Source of the DNA: Lingula anatina
Lineage: Eukaryota > Animalia > Brachiopoda
DNA length: 64,000 nt
Assembly (NCBI GenBank): GCA_051362555.1
Contig: CM120640.1
Span: 56,708,788-56,772,787 of the forward strand
Reading direction: 5' to 3'
Part shown: positions 37,001 to 49,694 of the stretch, piece by piece
How positions within the stretch are numbered: the first letter of the stretch is position 1
How the letters are laid out: every line of letters starts with the position of its first letter
Notes under the pieces: generated by a model
Seen by the model: only the letters and a program-made list of their open reading frames with translations
Told to the model about the DNA's origin: nothing
Database searches by the model: none
Made by a program: the position numbers and the translations under genes

Positions 37001-40000
37001 TGACCATAGTAGAGCACAACAATTGTTTCAAACCCTACATTTTCCTTTCAAAAGTGTACAATTTCTTTTTTGACAATAAACAAATATAAATCTGGCTTCT
37101 TTCTAAAATGATAGTGTTTGATAACCCTAGGACTTTTGGTCCTTTCATTAATATATTGGGACTGTTAACAGATATGTTATAATTGTCTTTTTTTTTCAGG
37201 TGGCCTAGGTCACTTGAAGAGGTTACACACATTATTGCTGTCCCATAACCAGCTGATATCAACCAGGGGCTTAAGTGAAGCTCCCACAATACAGTGTTTA
37301 GACTTATCCCATAATCATCTTCCAACTGTAGAAGACCATGAGAAACTCTGTCTTCTACAGTCTTTGAATTTGAAAGGAAATAACATTCTTGAGGTATTTA
37401 TATTTAGCCAATTTTGAAATCTTGAATTTATTTTTGTGCACTGAGTATGTCAACATCATTATCATAGGTGTATGTTAACAGTAATTTGCCTTCTGTACAA
37501 TTATTTAAAAGCACGCCTATGCATCACCTTTTCTTTACGAGCTTTCTTGGTTTTGCCATTTTTATTTTATAATCATTTCTTTATGAAATACTTTCAGGTC
37601 CCAAGTCTTAGTAACCATGTTCTTCTTTATTTGCTCATCTGCGAAGATAATAGCATATTCTCCATGAACAGTTTGTCCGAGTGCTGGCTGCCACTTCTGA
37701 GGACATTATCCTTACGGCAGAATAGGTTAGTGAAATAAAATTGCCATAAAATAATAACTATCATTTATGTCTTACCACATAATGTAATTGCTGTTTGTTT
37801 CTGTGAAGAAAAAAATAACTGTATATTTGAATTCAATTGCTTATGAGGCTCTTCTTATTTATAGCTTAGGTGCAATTGGTTCGCTGAACAGATGTGTTAC
37901 TCTGACATTCTTTGATGCAAGTAACAATGAGATCTTGGGTAAGTTTACTACCAATCAGTCACATTTTGTAAGACAGTATGCTCAAACCACTTGAAATGAT
38001 TATCACTTCATCCTGTAATCCATTAAAGGCTATTAATTGTTTCTCTGCTTATTCTAATATATTAGTGTTATGAACAGTTTCTAAACTTTTCCCTGTCTTG
38101 TTCCTAGAGCTTGACAGTTTTATTCCTGGCTTGGCAGAGTGCAATATGTTGACCGATCTTAAGATGGAAGGCAATCCTGTAACAGAGGAGACAGAAGTCA
38201 GGTATGTCGCAAAAGAAGGGTATTTACTGGAAAATTCATGGCATTTTTCTCTCATAATGGTTTGATATAGTTTTCCTCTGACAGTAAAATGTTACACTAA
38301 AATTTTATTTTCTGATATTGTATTTTCTTTCATGTCACTTTGTATAGACATTTTATATCATATAGTTTTGGTCATCCCAAAACATTATTTATATTTATAT
38401 TATAAAATTATTATTATTATTTTTACATGGATCACATATACTGAAGTTTAAGATTCATTATTATTTGATGTCAAATGACAAACTCAACATGGATTGATTG
38501 ATATCTGGTCAGTTAGGGCCATTTTATTGTGCCAAACCCATATGAGATTTTAAGTTTTTATTTTAACTAATTATCCATGTAATCAAAATGGTTATCCAGA
38601 ATGATTTAAACTAGCTCTAATCTATATTATTGGTAATCAGTTACTTCTATGAACATTTTTATACACCTTCCCAGGTCTTCCCTACTGTCTTGTTTGCCTC
38701 GTCTACAATGTCTTGATGGTGCTACAGTCTGCAGCTCAATGAAGTGTCCACCTAGAACAGTGTTTGATATCATGTGTGAAGCTCAAGTGAAACGGTTCTC
38801 TTGTCTAGAGGATGGGTACCTGAAATCACTGCGGTAAGATGGGTAAATTGTCTGCTGTAATTATTGCATTATTGAACAACATTTCTATTTAATATTATTA
38901 ATCATATTTGTTAATAGAACAGTATGTTTCACTTTTTCCCTCTAATGTTTTTGTATGATTTGCATTAAATGACAAAAATGTTTATATAAGGAAAGAAATT
39001 GTGTATGATTATGAAAAAAATAATTTACATGATTGTGTACTGTTTCAGGTCCTGTCATGCTAACTTTGACAAGCTAATCCAGACTCACAGAGAATATTTT
39101 GATGCTAGTCACCAACTTGCAGTTGATATTAGATACTGCCATGAATATGGTGAGGTTACTCTTCCATCTGAACCTGTATTGGCTCAGGCTGAGGATAAAA
39201 CGCTTCATAATCACAACTCGACTTTCAACAATGCAGGAGAAATTTCTCCCAGAGACAATGCTACAATGCATAATGGGCCCAGTGCACCTCAGCCTGGCTA
39301 TTCTGTGATACAGTCCAAGAAATCTAGTGACTTCAAGTCAAACTTAGTACCGTCCCCACCGACTTCTGCTAAAAAAACCAATGTGAGACCTTTCAGTGGA
39401 AAGAACAAATTTGAAGCAGCACTAAGTAAAGCCCAACAGGGTGCGAGTGGTGGAAATTCTGATCTTAAACCTGGGGTCTCAACTGATTTGCAAAATGTGA
39501 CTCATAACCAGACATATGATCACACAGTTAAAGCCTCACCTCACTCAGTTGCTGAATTGACTACCACACAGGAGGCATGTTTGACCAAAAAAGATGACTA
39601 TGCTCTAGCCAGTGGTGGAGGAAGCTTTAATAGAGATGAAGCTGTCTTTAAAAGGAAAAGGTTTGGATTTTTTGTTATTGTGAATAGTTCTCTTGGTACT
39701 TTTATTTGTATGTTATTGGTTTTGTGCTGAAAATAGCCTTTTGCTTCATGCTTATTGAAAGTAGAAATTAATACGTATAAAAGTATAATGGGCTAAGTTT
39801 ATTATTATTTGAACAATACAAACTATTAAAATTTTTTTAAGTCATATTGTGAGTTAAAATTAGTAAAAAAGTAAGGTTTTAGAATGAATTTGTAAAATGC
39901 AGCTTGCAAGAGATAGCAGCCACCAAGGTCCAAAGCCTGTGGAGGGGATATGTAGTGAGAAGAGATATTGACAATCAAGTTCAGTTTTGGCTGGCTGCAA

Positions 40001-43000
40001 CAAAGATCCAGGTGAATAGAATTACATTCCATACTTTCAACATAAACTGTAGACATAAATGTTTTAAGCATGCAGCTGTCGATTATTTTAAAGTTAGTTA
40101 AAAATATCATCACTTACAAAAATCTTTAATATGGTGATGATTTCTTTGTTTGTGCACATTAATTGTTCTAGGCATTATGGAGGGGTTATAGAACCAGAAA
40201 GCTACTGTCCAATGCCATCAACTATGCCAGGCAGGACGACTCTGATGAGGACTTTGCTGAAATTGACCTGTCTGCTTTCGACTATCAGGAGGTAATACTA
40301 TTAATTTTACCTTCTGTACTGAGGATATTGGTTCATTGTCTTATACAGACTCTACACCTTCCTTCATTGTTCGGCTTATGAGTTTATTTGAACTTACAGT
40401 GCAACTTCCACTATAAAAGCTAGACCCCCCCATTGATAATAAGTCATATCACTCATCATTGCTACTATTACATTATAATATTTTTAAAACACCTTTACAC
40501 ATTTAATGCCTAGGGTTAAATGCAAAATACTCTTTAGAAGTTTTTTAAAATATATATATATTTCTTCCTAGATAAGTTAAACAACAGAGGTATGCACATG
40601 TATATCAGTTTTCTATCAATTATTGCAGGCTGATTTGGATGCACCTTGGAAGCCACCAGATACTCCACAATTACCTGGAAAGTAAGTTTGTCTTAAAATT
40701 TAAGGTGTCTTCTAGCTGTGAGATAATTCATTTGTAAACATTTAGTTATTATTTTTTTGCGTTTAATCTTGGTCATGTAGATAGTAGTATAGACATCGTA
40801 GAAAAACTATGATAGCTAAAACTCTCAAATTTTTAACATAGTTGCAATGTCATGTAAGAAATTAACATGCCAAATTCTAATGTAAATGATTGATTTTGAA
40901 ATAGAACATTTCAAATTTGATGCAAACCATAAGGATAAGACCTTTAACATCTCAATGAAAATTGGATATATGTCATGATGATACTCAGTTGTTTTGGGGA
41001 AGCTGCTAAATGATTATCTAATGAGAAAGACTTTATAGCTTGATATGATAAAAAAATAATCATATATTATAGTAGATTCAATAACCAGAATTGTAACTAC
41101 ATAATTAGCCAAATGAAATTGTGTATTTCTGAACTTGAATTGACAGTATGAACAAAGACATTTTAAAACAAGTACGTAAATTCCGTGTTCAATACTTTGT
41201 ATCAGATGCTTCATTTTATTGACAATGAAGAGTGTACACTTGTGCTTCTGGTTTTCATTGATTTCTCAAAAGTGTCAATTTCTTGAAGGGCGAGTCTAAA
41301 ACTTAACACAAATCATTTGCTTACCTATATCTATTATTTAAGTCCATCTTTTTCCAGCCATCCAGTACTTGGTAGACCGTGGTCAGGTCTAGATCCCCAC
41401 CCTCCACCCAGGCAGGCATGGAGGAGTGCTGACTCCCCTTCAGTGGCTGGGGAACCCCAGGGTAAACCACCACGTCCTCCCAGCTCCAGCCTCAGTGGTG
41501 CAGAGACACACAGAACAGGAATGTCCAAGATGTCCAAAAAAGATGAGCTCTCAGAAGAATGGTGAGTGGAAAAATGCACATCATGCTGTTTAGTAAACAA
41601 AGACTTTTTATGTTGTTTATGTTGTTGACTTTTTATGTACTTTTTTTAACTTCATCATTTGATATCATGACCTCTAAGGTCTTTTTTCTTTTTGGTACAA
41701 GATTATTTCAAAAGGAAATCATGTGCAGAGTAAGAGAATCATAACTGTACAATAGATTTCTTTAATACCACATATGAACTGTAACAACATGTTATCTGTA
41801 ACAATGTATTGAATGCCATGTATTGCCTTTCACAACTGTGTAAGTTTTTCTAATTCCAGGGGCTTCCATGACAGTAGAACAGCTGAACTCATGCTGCAGA
41901 GAGCCAAGAAACTCAAGTACAATGCAGAGAAGAGAAAGAAGCTAAACAAGCTAGGTAAACAAGAGAGATTTAAAAGATTAATCTGAGTTTGTAACTGAAC
42001 AATTTTGACGAAGAGATATCACCACATTCATAAGTATTCAATCGTCAGAAGGTGTTTATTTGAAAAAAAACAAACAAACTAATAAACAAATAAACACCTC
42101 CTGACGATTGGGCATATCTTCTGGGTATGCCCGTGAAACTCAGAGTCGGGGTTGATACATGTCTCTTATTTTTTAAATTTATTTATTAATTTTAATTGTG
42201 TGTGTATGTATATATTATATGTATGTCAGTTTTTTTTATACACACTTAAACAGTGATAGAAAGTTGAATGATACTGATATGCTGAGTTTAAATATATTAT
42301 GTATTATTTTGATGACATAAATATTCTATTGCATCATTGTTGCTAAAAAATAAAAATTTCCTGTGTGGCATTTTCATGTTGTTTCAGATCCTAAGCAACG
42401 TCTGGCACTATTCCGTAAGGGTGATCATCATGGAGTCAAGACCCCTGTGCAGAAACCTGTGAGACCCATGGTGCAGAGGAAGGAATATTTTCAAGGTCTG
42501 TGTGCAAGAATTTGTCTAAGTACTTGTTTACATGTTTCTATAATTTGTAAGCAGCTGTTGGCATTTTTTAATTGTGTAAGATCTGGATAGTTTTTTAAAT
42601 ATAAGTATAACATGTTTTCACTTCAGCAATGCATGAAGAGGCTGCAAGGAAGGAATATGAAAAGCAGGAGGAAAATGAAAGTAAAGTGCAGAGAACATTT
42701 GAGTGGTTACATACCCAAGTGGGTGAACATGATGTTTCAGATTCAAAAATATATAAAAGGTAAGGTTGTTGTGATATTGCTTGTCTATTTTAAAGCCCTT
42801 GGGTTATATTTCCATTTAATTTTTATTTCAGTAATTTTTTTTTTATATTTCAGTTGGAAAATTTGGAAAATTTAATCTGATTAAAATACCAATTTTTGCA
42901 ATCTTTATAACGCACCATTTAAACCACAAAATTTGTATATTGAAAATGTACTTCTAGTTCATTTTTACATTCAACATCTTAGGCCTGTTCGTTTTGGCAG

Positions 43001-43774
43001 TGAAGGCAACCTTCCTCAACTGCATCAAGATGTCTTGTCTGGTGGCAGAGTTTCATTGGTGGTAGGTCATATTTGCTCACTACTTGTCCCCTTGAATGTT
43101 CTCATACATAGTATGCTAGTAGTAAAATCAGCTAAAAATTATATAAAAACTTGAGGACTGGTATGAATGTTGCTGTTGTGAGCACAGGCCTTGTTATTGT
43201 TTATGCACCCACCCACACTCACCCACACATATCATATAGTTAACTATTATGATACACATTGATAATATAGGCCAGCCCTGCATCTATGGAGCTACAGTCA
43301 GTCAGAAGTGCCAGTACAACTGGAGACAGGACAAAGAGCAGACGACACTCTGTGGAGGAGACAAGCCCAAGAGGTGAACTTTGTGTGTACTGACATCCAG
43401 GTTTATCTGAACTTTTGTTTAAAACCTGAATTCTCAGTAAAGGGGACAACTTTTTGATTGGGTTACTTAGATAGTCTGGCATATTTTAAGATACTTTTAT
43501 CTACATTGCAGTATGTTTTATTTAAAATACATATAACTATTAAGAAATATTTGCCTACCTGCTTTAGTAGAGGCTATTTACAAAGAAAATAAGTAAAATT
43601 TAAGGAAATGTTAAGTATGTCCATGATGATTCTTTTACAGGTGGACTGGAGCTTCCAGCAATAAAGACTAGTTCAGCGCCAAGTATGAGAGTCAAAGAGA
43701 GAATTTCCTGGCGTAACCCAGAGGTGAACAAAAGCTCTGGCTGGGGAAGTGGGAAAAGAAGAATAATTAAGTGA
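29690..43774 (+). CDS. LRRIQ1: Leucine-rich repeat and IQ domain-containing protein 1, ~1493 aa
   Basis: 28 exons in phase (4482 nt): 29690-29848, 30388-30484, 30689-30780, 30995-31070, 31245-31357, 31629-31745, 32047-32121, 32271-32410, 32643-33413, 33785-33923, 34613-34765, 36324-36474, 37200-37393, 37598-37725, 37865-37938, 38108-38201, 38675-38833, 39049-39660, 39903-40011, 40172-40291, 40629-40681, 41358-41561, 41860-41954, 42388-42495, 42627-42759, 42983-43061, 43271-43373, 43641-43774. IQ motifs (LQAHFKGYRVK, VQSLWRGYVVR, IQALWRGYRTR), an LRR array, and C-terminal EWGF.D..TA..ML.RA, DP..RLALF, WLHTQVG, DVL.GGRV.LV motifs recalled from LRRIQ1. Confidence 0.93.
31378..31434. repeat. (ATTT)n microsatellite
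   Basis: Tetranucleotide run in a LRRIQ1 intron. Confidence 0.95.
33979..34100. repeat. (AC)n microsatellite decaying into (ACCC)n, (ACC)n and (TCC)n
   Basis: Directly visible; source of the spurious VCVCVC ORFs. Confidence 0.95.
35081..35890 (-). mobile_element. 5'-truncated non-LTR retrotransposon (LINE ORF2 C-terminus plus 3' UTR and tail)
   Basis: ORF 35878-35531 LAKLRLSDHKLHIETGR...RICRLC..IEDEYHFIFQCPMY is the Cys/His tail typical of invertebrate LINE ORF2. The minus strand ends AATAAA followed by (TTGAAA)n at 35110-35081. Clade not resolved. Confidence 0.85.
36671..36907 (+). mobile_element. Non-autonomous Helentron/Helitron-type element
   Basis: tttttattacctccgccaaggagg head, (GTYY)n microsatellite, subterminal inverted copy cctttgcagaggt, 3' hairpin gcgctc-tcg-gagtgc and CTAG end. 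Confidence 0.8.
41982..42145. repeat. Degenerate fold-back element with 24-bp inverted arms
   Basis: caatcgtcagaaggtgtttatttg (42039-42062) pairs with caaataaacacctcctgacgattg (42087-42110); outer ctgagttt/aaactcag. Confidence 0.65.
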
Positions 43775-45699
43775 TGGTTAACTGATGTCCCACCCAACAA
43801 GGCTTTGTTCTACTGCCTAGTGGTGCAAGACTGCTCTTTCTGTTCCTCAGGGCGACTGTGCCCTTTACAGTACTGAACCTCATCCTGTCCATGCCATAAC
43901 AGGACTCTGTGTCCTTCTTCAGCACTGAATCTGATTCTGTTTAGCAGCTACTAGTAGTGAAACATGTCATCATGATGGTTCTTTCTTTTTTCATAAATAA
44001 AAGACAGATGATTGAGGAAGGCCTAAAGAGACAAGTTCAGACAGTCTGAGTTAGCAATTGTGGCTGTATGTTCAACTGAAATAAATAAGAGCAAAATACC
44101 ATTACTGATTGGAACCATGGGAAAAAAATTATCCAGACATTACATATCATGAGGATAACCTTGAATTGTTAATCTGTGTGAGCCTCAGTGATGAATGCCA
44201 CTCTGATTCTCTGAAGAATATTCTGAGTGATAATTTTTGTGCAAATCGCCTTCTTGAAATTTACATCTTCATCTAATTATAAGGAATTCTTAATTTTTTA
44301 TCCATGGAGTAAATCAAACCAGAAGAAATATTTTCAGTATGTTTGCATTGTTTTACAAAAAATGTTGATTTTATGTACAAGAAAACTGATTACATCTTAA
44401 TACAAATTTAAAAACTTAACTCCTGAAATATTTTTATATTTCAGTTATTAATGGTATGAGTATGTTTTAAACAATTTTACGTTATTGATTTGGAATGATT
44501 GTTTTTACACTCCACATGTGTTGACATGTTTTCGAGCCAGATGTTATGTAATGATCAGCTATATTTAAAATTCAAGTGCTATTTCAATTGACTTATTCCT
44601 CTTATTCTGGCCCTGCCTTTCCTATCAGTACTGCCTATTGTGTATGTGTTAGCCTTTGCCCCTGCGGTCAATGTAAACAGAAGTGATGAAGGAAGACCAC
44701 TCGGCACATATTTACAGTCCGTCAGTTTTCACCAGTGCATTCTGAGCCTTTTTTAAATATGTTGTGATAGACTTGTCATATTTTACTGCTTAGAAGGTTT
44801 TTTACTTTGAATTATTAATTTATATATACAATAAATTTTAAAAAATAATAAGTGAAAATTTAATGTCATAGTATTTTATGATGTCTGTGGGCTACAACAT
44901 TACATGGAAATACTTTTACATGGATAGAATGGTACATGTCACAGATAGTAAGGGGGTTATTATGATCATTTTGTTCTTTTCATAGCAATTCACGCTAAAG
45001 TCTTATAATAATTGAAGCAGAAGTACAGATTTGAAATTATGATAAAATTTGGCCATTATTTGTAACACATTTGTAACACTGAAATAACAATTAAAATTTA
45101 TCTTGGGGTGGGTGCAACATATACAGTTAAACATCTTAATTGGTCATCTGTCTTATTGCCTCCCTACTGACTTCTCACAAGAACCTTTTGTTCAACATTT
45201 TGCACCTATTTTCAAACTGAACATGTGGGTTCATATCTCACAACTGATCTCATAAGTATCTAGAAGTATCTACAATGTTAACAATCTACATTGGCAGATC
45301 AATATATTTCTTGATTATCAAAATTTTAAGTCACGCTTTTATAGACAAAATGGGTATTTATCAGTTTAATTTTTAAAAAATTACAAGCATTCATACAGTA
45401 TATTGAAGCGTGTAATAAGTTGGAAAAGCAATGAACACGGCAGCAAACCATCTTGATGCGTTCCTTAATTTTATCATAGCATAACTTCATTTTAACTGGT
45501 GATTGAACCCTACTTTTACATTGAAGATCCATATATGTAGGCAACAATTTCATTAACAGCTACAGGGTGAGGTTTACATTTCTCGAAGTAAGGGCCGAAC
45601 GTAACCGTTAAAGCAAATTTACAGATTAGTTCCACTTGGATGGAGACACCTAGACGATAAACAGAGAGCGGAAAATTTAGACTCCAGGATCAATTTGGT

Positions 45700-45720
45700 T
45701 ACCCTGACTCATAAATGCAC
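45700..45720 (+). promoter_or_regulatory. AP-1 site overlapping a TATA-like box upstream of the Ly6 gene
   Basis: TGACTCA at 45705-45711 runs into CATAAAT, ~35-40 bp before the ATG. Confidence 0.35.
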
Positions 45721-45748
45721 CGATTACTCCCCATCTGGTATTAGAACC

Positions 45749-45855
45749 ATGTCGGAGAAGAAGTTCGTGGCGGCGTTGTGCATTATTGCTGCGAGTCTTC
45801 AAGGTAAGCCTAATTGTTCAAAATTCATCCATAAATAAATCTGCTCTTTATTTTC

Positions 45856-45892
<37 letters not shown>

Positions 45893-48256
45893 ATTATGAT
45901 CAAATGAGCGTATTCAGGCAATTAAACCAGTTAGACTTTGAGCACTTCGTTTCTTTCCCATCGTTTGACATTTCTATACAATGATTTCTAAAATAACGAG
46001 AAAAAATCCTTTTGATGTAGGGATTTTACCGTATTTCTATTCAATTCCAAATCTATGTCAAGCATGGGTAAAAAGGAGACAATACCTACAGTCCCAGAAA
46101 TTCTTTTTTCCTATTAATTACTGTTAGCATGGCAACGTGCTTTTTTCATTAACTAGCATTTGTCTGAGGTGGTATATAGTCCCCTTCTCTGTCAACTTCT
46201 CACGACTAGAAAGTTTCTGAAACATCTGAGGTAAATTATCCTCATGAAACTGTTAGGATGTATACAACTGTAAAATATACAGCCGAATCGGCGATGTTAT
46301 TTAATTAATTGATTCGTTAATTTCATTTTTAAAACCTGGTGCGTTTTTATAGTTCTGGTAAATGATATATGAAAAGGATACAGGCCCTTCTGTATCTGAG
46401 TGCGACACAGTGTAGGGGACGCGGTAGCGCACCTTAGCATGTCCCACGTCATCTCCTTTTCATTCTAGTGTCGCACAGTGTAGAATGTTACAGTTGCTAC
46501 TACCCTGCGGACAGAAATTGCGGAGACCCGTGGAGCTGGGCCAACACCATTACCAAACCACACACATCAGTATGTGACGGATGGTGTACGGTAAGTAAAA
46601 TAGTGTCCTTTCATCTTGCTTTACACAGGTCTTTTTGTTCAGACGAACAGCTAACAGATTTGGATACGCGTTTTACATCTCCAAAGGCCCTATAAATAAA
46701 AAGTCAGTAAATTTCGTTTCTGACATTTGCGCTGTCTGTTGCATCTTATGCCAACAAAAACTAACTATTCACTCGATAGAGAAAAACAATCAAATCGACC
46801 GGCTTAAGATTATTGACTATAATTTTTATTGTAGGTATTGTCAAAACGTTGAAGTGCATTTTTCAAAAATACAAGTTTAAAAGGGAAACAAAACCAAATT
46901 CATTAGATCCCTAACAAACGCTATAAGCCCATGAACAAAACAAAATCCAGTTAGATATTGGTTTTAGTTGTAAAGTTGGCAGAAACGGTTTTTACCCCAG
47001 GCATTTGCTAAGAACGACAGTCGAGTTATTTGATCAATGAGGGAAGCTCTCTCATCAACTCTATTACAGAACTAATATTTTCTTTCTCATCATTGTGCAT
47101 CTGCCACCAGCGAAAGCTCAATCAAAATCAACGCGAGCTCTGATATTGCATAAATAGACAATAATTAGATTAAAGGGATAATAACTCTTCGTATGAGATC
47201 TATATTTCATTATAAAAACATTGTGAATAACTCATAGAAATATAATATATTCTGTTTTACCACAAAAATGGCAGTTATAGCAATTATTCTGATATCTGAG
47301 CTTGTCTTTAGACTACATGACCTCCACTGATGGCTATACTCTGTTAAAATCTCTTAAGAGATTTTAACAAAAAACCAAACTTTTTAGAAAAAAACCAGGG
47401 ACTAACTTTGAATGTAAAAATGGATTCATTAACCATTGGTTAGTATGGGAAAATTGTTGTTTACTCCAGGAAAATTCATTTTTTGGCCAAAACGAAGAGT
47501 TATTATCCCTTTAAATAATTTTGTGATTATTAGAATATCGTATTATGAAAGGTCTTAATATATTGATCATAAACGTAATCCGTTAAAGTGCTTACTTACA
47601 GAAGTACGCGTGAGTGCAAACAAACTGCCGAAAATGTAGAGTTATTGATATTGAAAATCGCCCCTCTTCCCCCCCCCACCCCACCCCACATACATACACA
47701 CATGCATGCAATGTTTATTCCATTAACAAACAATCTGAGACCAGGAATAGAGAGAATCATGCAAACATGCATATTCTGAAGGGCTTCTGAATGAATAACG
47801 TATCCAGACTTTCAGACTGTTGTATTTTTAGCAAAAAAAATTTTTGCACAATGAGCTAAAGAATAGTCAATGATCTATATTCAGTTCAAATAAAAGCACA
47901 TACACAATTAAATAAATTTTTTATTAGCACTTGTATGGTATTTTTGTTTTAAATATTTGTTCCCAGTAAATTACCGATCTTTGTCGAGGCATCACATTTG
48001 ACAAATATGACAGATTTTCTTAAGATATTCCATGAAATTATATATATGGCAATGTTGTACTCATTTTCAGAAAGTCATCACTGGAGACACCATTGGCCGT
48101 GGATGTTCTCTCGTGTGTGCATCATCCACTTTGGGATCGAAGATGGAGTGCTGTAGCCATGACCTGTGCAATTCTGCCGGCATTGTTCAAACAAGGATTT
48201 TCCTCTTGTTGCCTGTTACAGCCATTGTGTTCATCGTCTTGAAACTACAGTTATGA
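45749..48256 (+). CDS. Ly6/uPAR (three-finger, quiver/sleepless-like) GPI-anchored protein, 120 aa
   Basis: Exons 45749-45803, 46469-46590, 48071-48256 (363 nt). Signal peptide, ECYSC start, ten Cys ending CCSHDLCN, then a small-residue omega site and hydrophobic tail. Classic phase-1 intron after the signal-peptide exon. Confidence 0.9.
47174..47510. mobile_element. Kolobok-like MITE (TTAA TSD) in Ly6 intron 2
   Basis: Perfect 19-bp TIRs agggataataactcttcgt / acgaagagttattatccct, flanked by TTAA at 47170-47173 and 47511-47514. Confidence 0.85.
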
Positions 48257-48573
48257 TGTTAGTAGCAGAGAAGACATCGTTCGTCTTTTTTTCTATGTAA
48301 ATTTTAGCATTAACGGTTGCAATGAAGTTAAAATACAGTCATGACCTTTGTGAAAATTTTAATGAATAATATCACTTTTGTTAGTTTCGTTTGTTCAATG
48401 TTAACCTGGTCACTGCAGCGGACGTAACAAGAAGTTTTGTGGTCACGTACGTACTGATAACAGCGATTAGTGTAAATTAAATTGAAATTATTTTGATAGA
48501 GACATAACAAGTGGTTTCTTCACATTTTTATGAATAAGATTAGTTCCAATAGGCCTACTCATATGTCTATAGC

Positions 48574-49011
48574 AGTCTTTCTTATAGGGTCACAGTAATG
48601 GTAAATGTGGATCCACCGAAACTTTTAATGTTTGAAAATGAACTGAACTGTCACTCGCATGAAACTAAATACCAAAATGGTTCTTTCGAAGCACAAAATG
48701 GTAAAAAATTCATAATCTCTCAAAGATACCCTATCTTGAATTTTGCGCCAAATCTTACTTCCTCGAGAAAAAGTGATTTTCCCCTCTTCGTGAGTCTTTC
48801 TTATAGGGTCACAGTAATGGTAAATGTGGATCCACCGAAACTTTTAATGTTTGAAAATGAACTGAACTGTCACTCGCATGAAACTAAATACCAAAATGGT
48901 TCTTTCGAAGCACAAAATGGTAAAAAATTCATAATCTCTCATAGATACCCTATCTTGAATTTTGCGCCAAATCTTACTTCCTCGAGAAAAAGTGATTTTC
49001 CCCTCTTCGTG
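48574..49011. repeat. Near-perfect 219-bp tandem duplication
   Basis: Units 48574-48792 and 48793-49011; I see one substitution (caaagatac vs catagatac). Confidence 0.95.
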
Positions 49012-49494
49012 AATCATGTATTGCTCGACCTATCCCTGCACTTACATTGGATGTTTTGTACCATTTTTAATTTAATTATTCACTTATGAATTGCTCCAGA
49101 GTCATTTGGACTGCCTATTTTGCCTGACATTTCAGAAAAAGGTATCGACACGAGATGCTACTGTTTGAGGTGTTTCATCATCTGGGAAAGAAAAGTACTG
49201 GTAACTTTGCAGGGTACCGGTATTGAGGCATAAAAATTACTTTTGGACATTTTCGAATATTAATTAGTGGTAAGCCTCTGCTATCAGAGTTGAAATACGT
49301 CGTTCTGAAACATATATGTAGAAACTAACAAACACAACTATGTAATAAACCAATGAAACATTGTCGTTCAAGTGAAAACATATACCAATCATAAGAATAA
49401 ATGTGTATGAATAAAATATTCTCAGCTAAATCAAGACAATTGAAACAATGAACAGAATTGAATTTTATGCCCAATACGCCTCATCGTCATGTCT

Positions 49495-49694
49495 TTTTTT
49501 CTGTCCGTTCGTCAACAGCCTAACTCAAAAGGTTACGAATGGATTTTGACGGAATTTTCAACATAGATAAGAAATGGGCTAACTTAAAAGTGTTTAGATT
49601 TTGGTGGTGATCCATAAATTAAATTAAGTACTGGATCATCAATAGTTAATTATCTGTCTTGGTTTAGGTCTGCACTCTCTGAGTGCTTTTCTAG
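49495..49694 (+). mobile_element. Second, 5'-degenerate copy of the 36671-36907 Helentron-type element
   Basis: Shares gaaatgggctaactta, ttttggtggtgatc and ggtctgcactctctgagtgcttttctag. Confidence 0.75.

Noticed and set aside
43772-44240. LRRIQ1 TGA stop with downstream ATGA-containing hairpins (possible selenocysteine or readthrough)
   Set aside because: No proper SECIS GA quartet with an apical AA, and the stop context is not a known readthrough motif.
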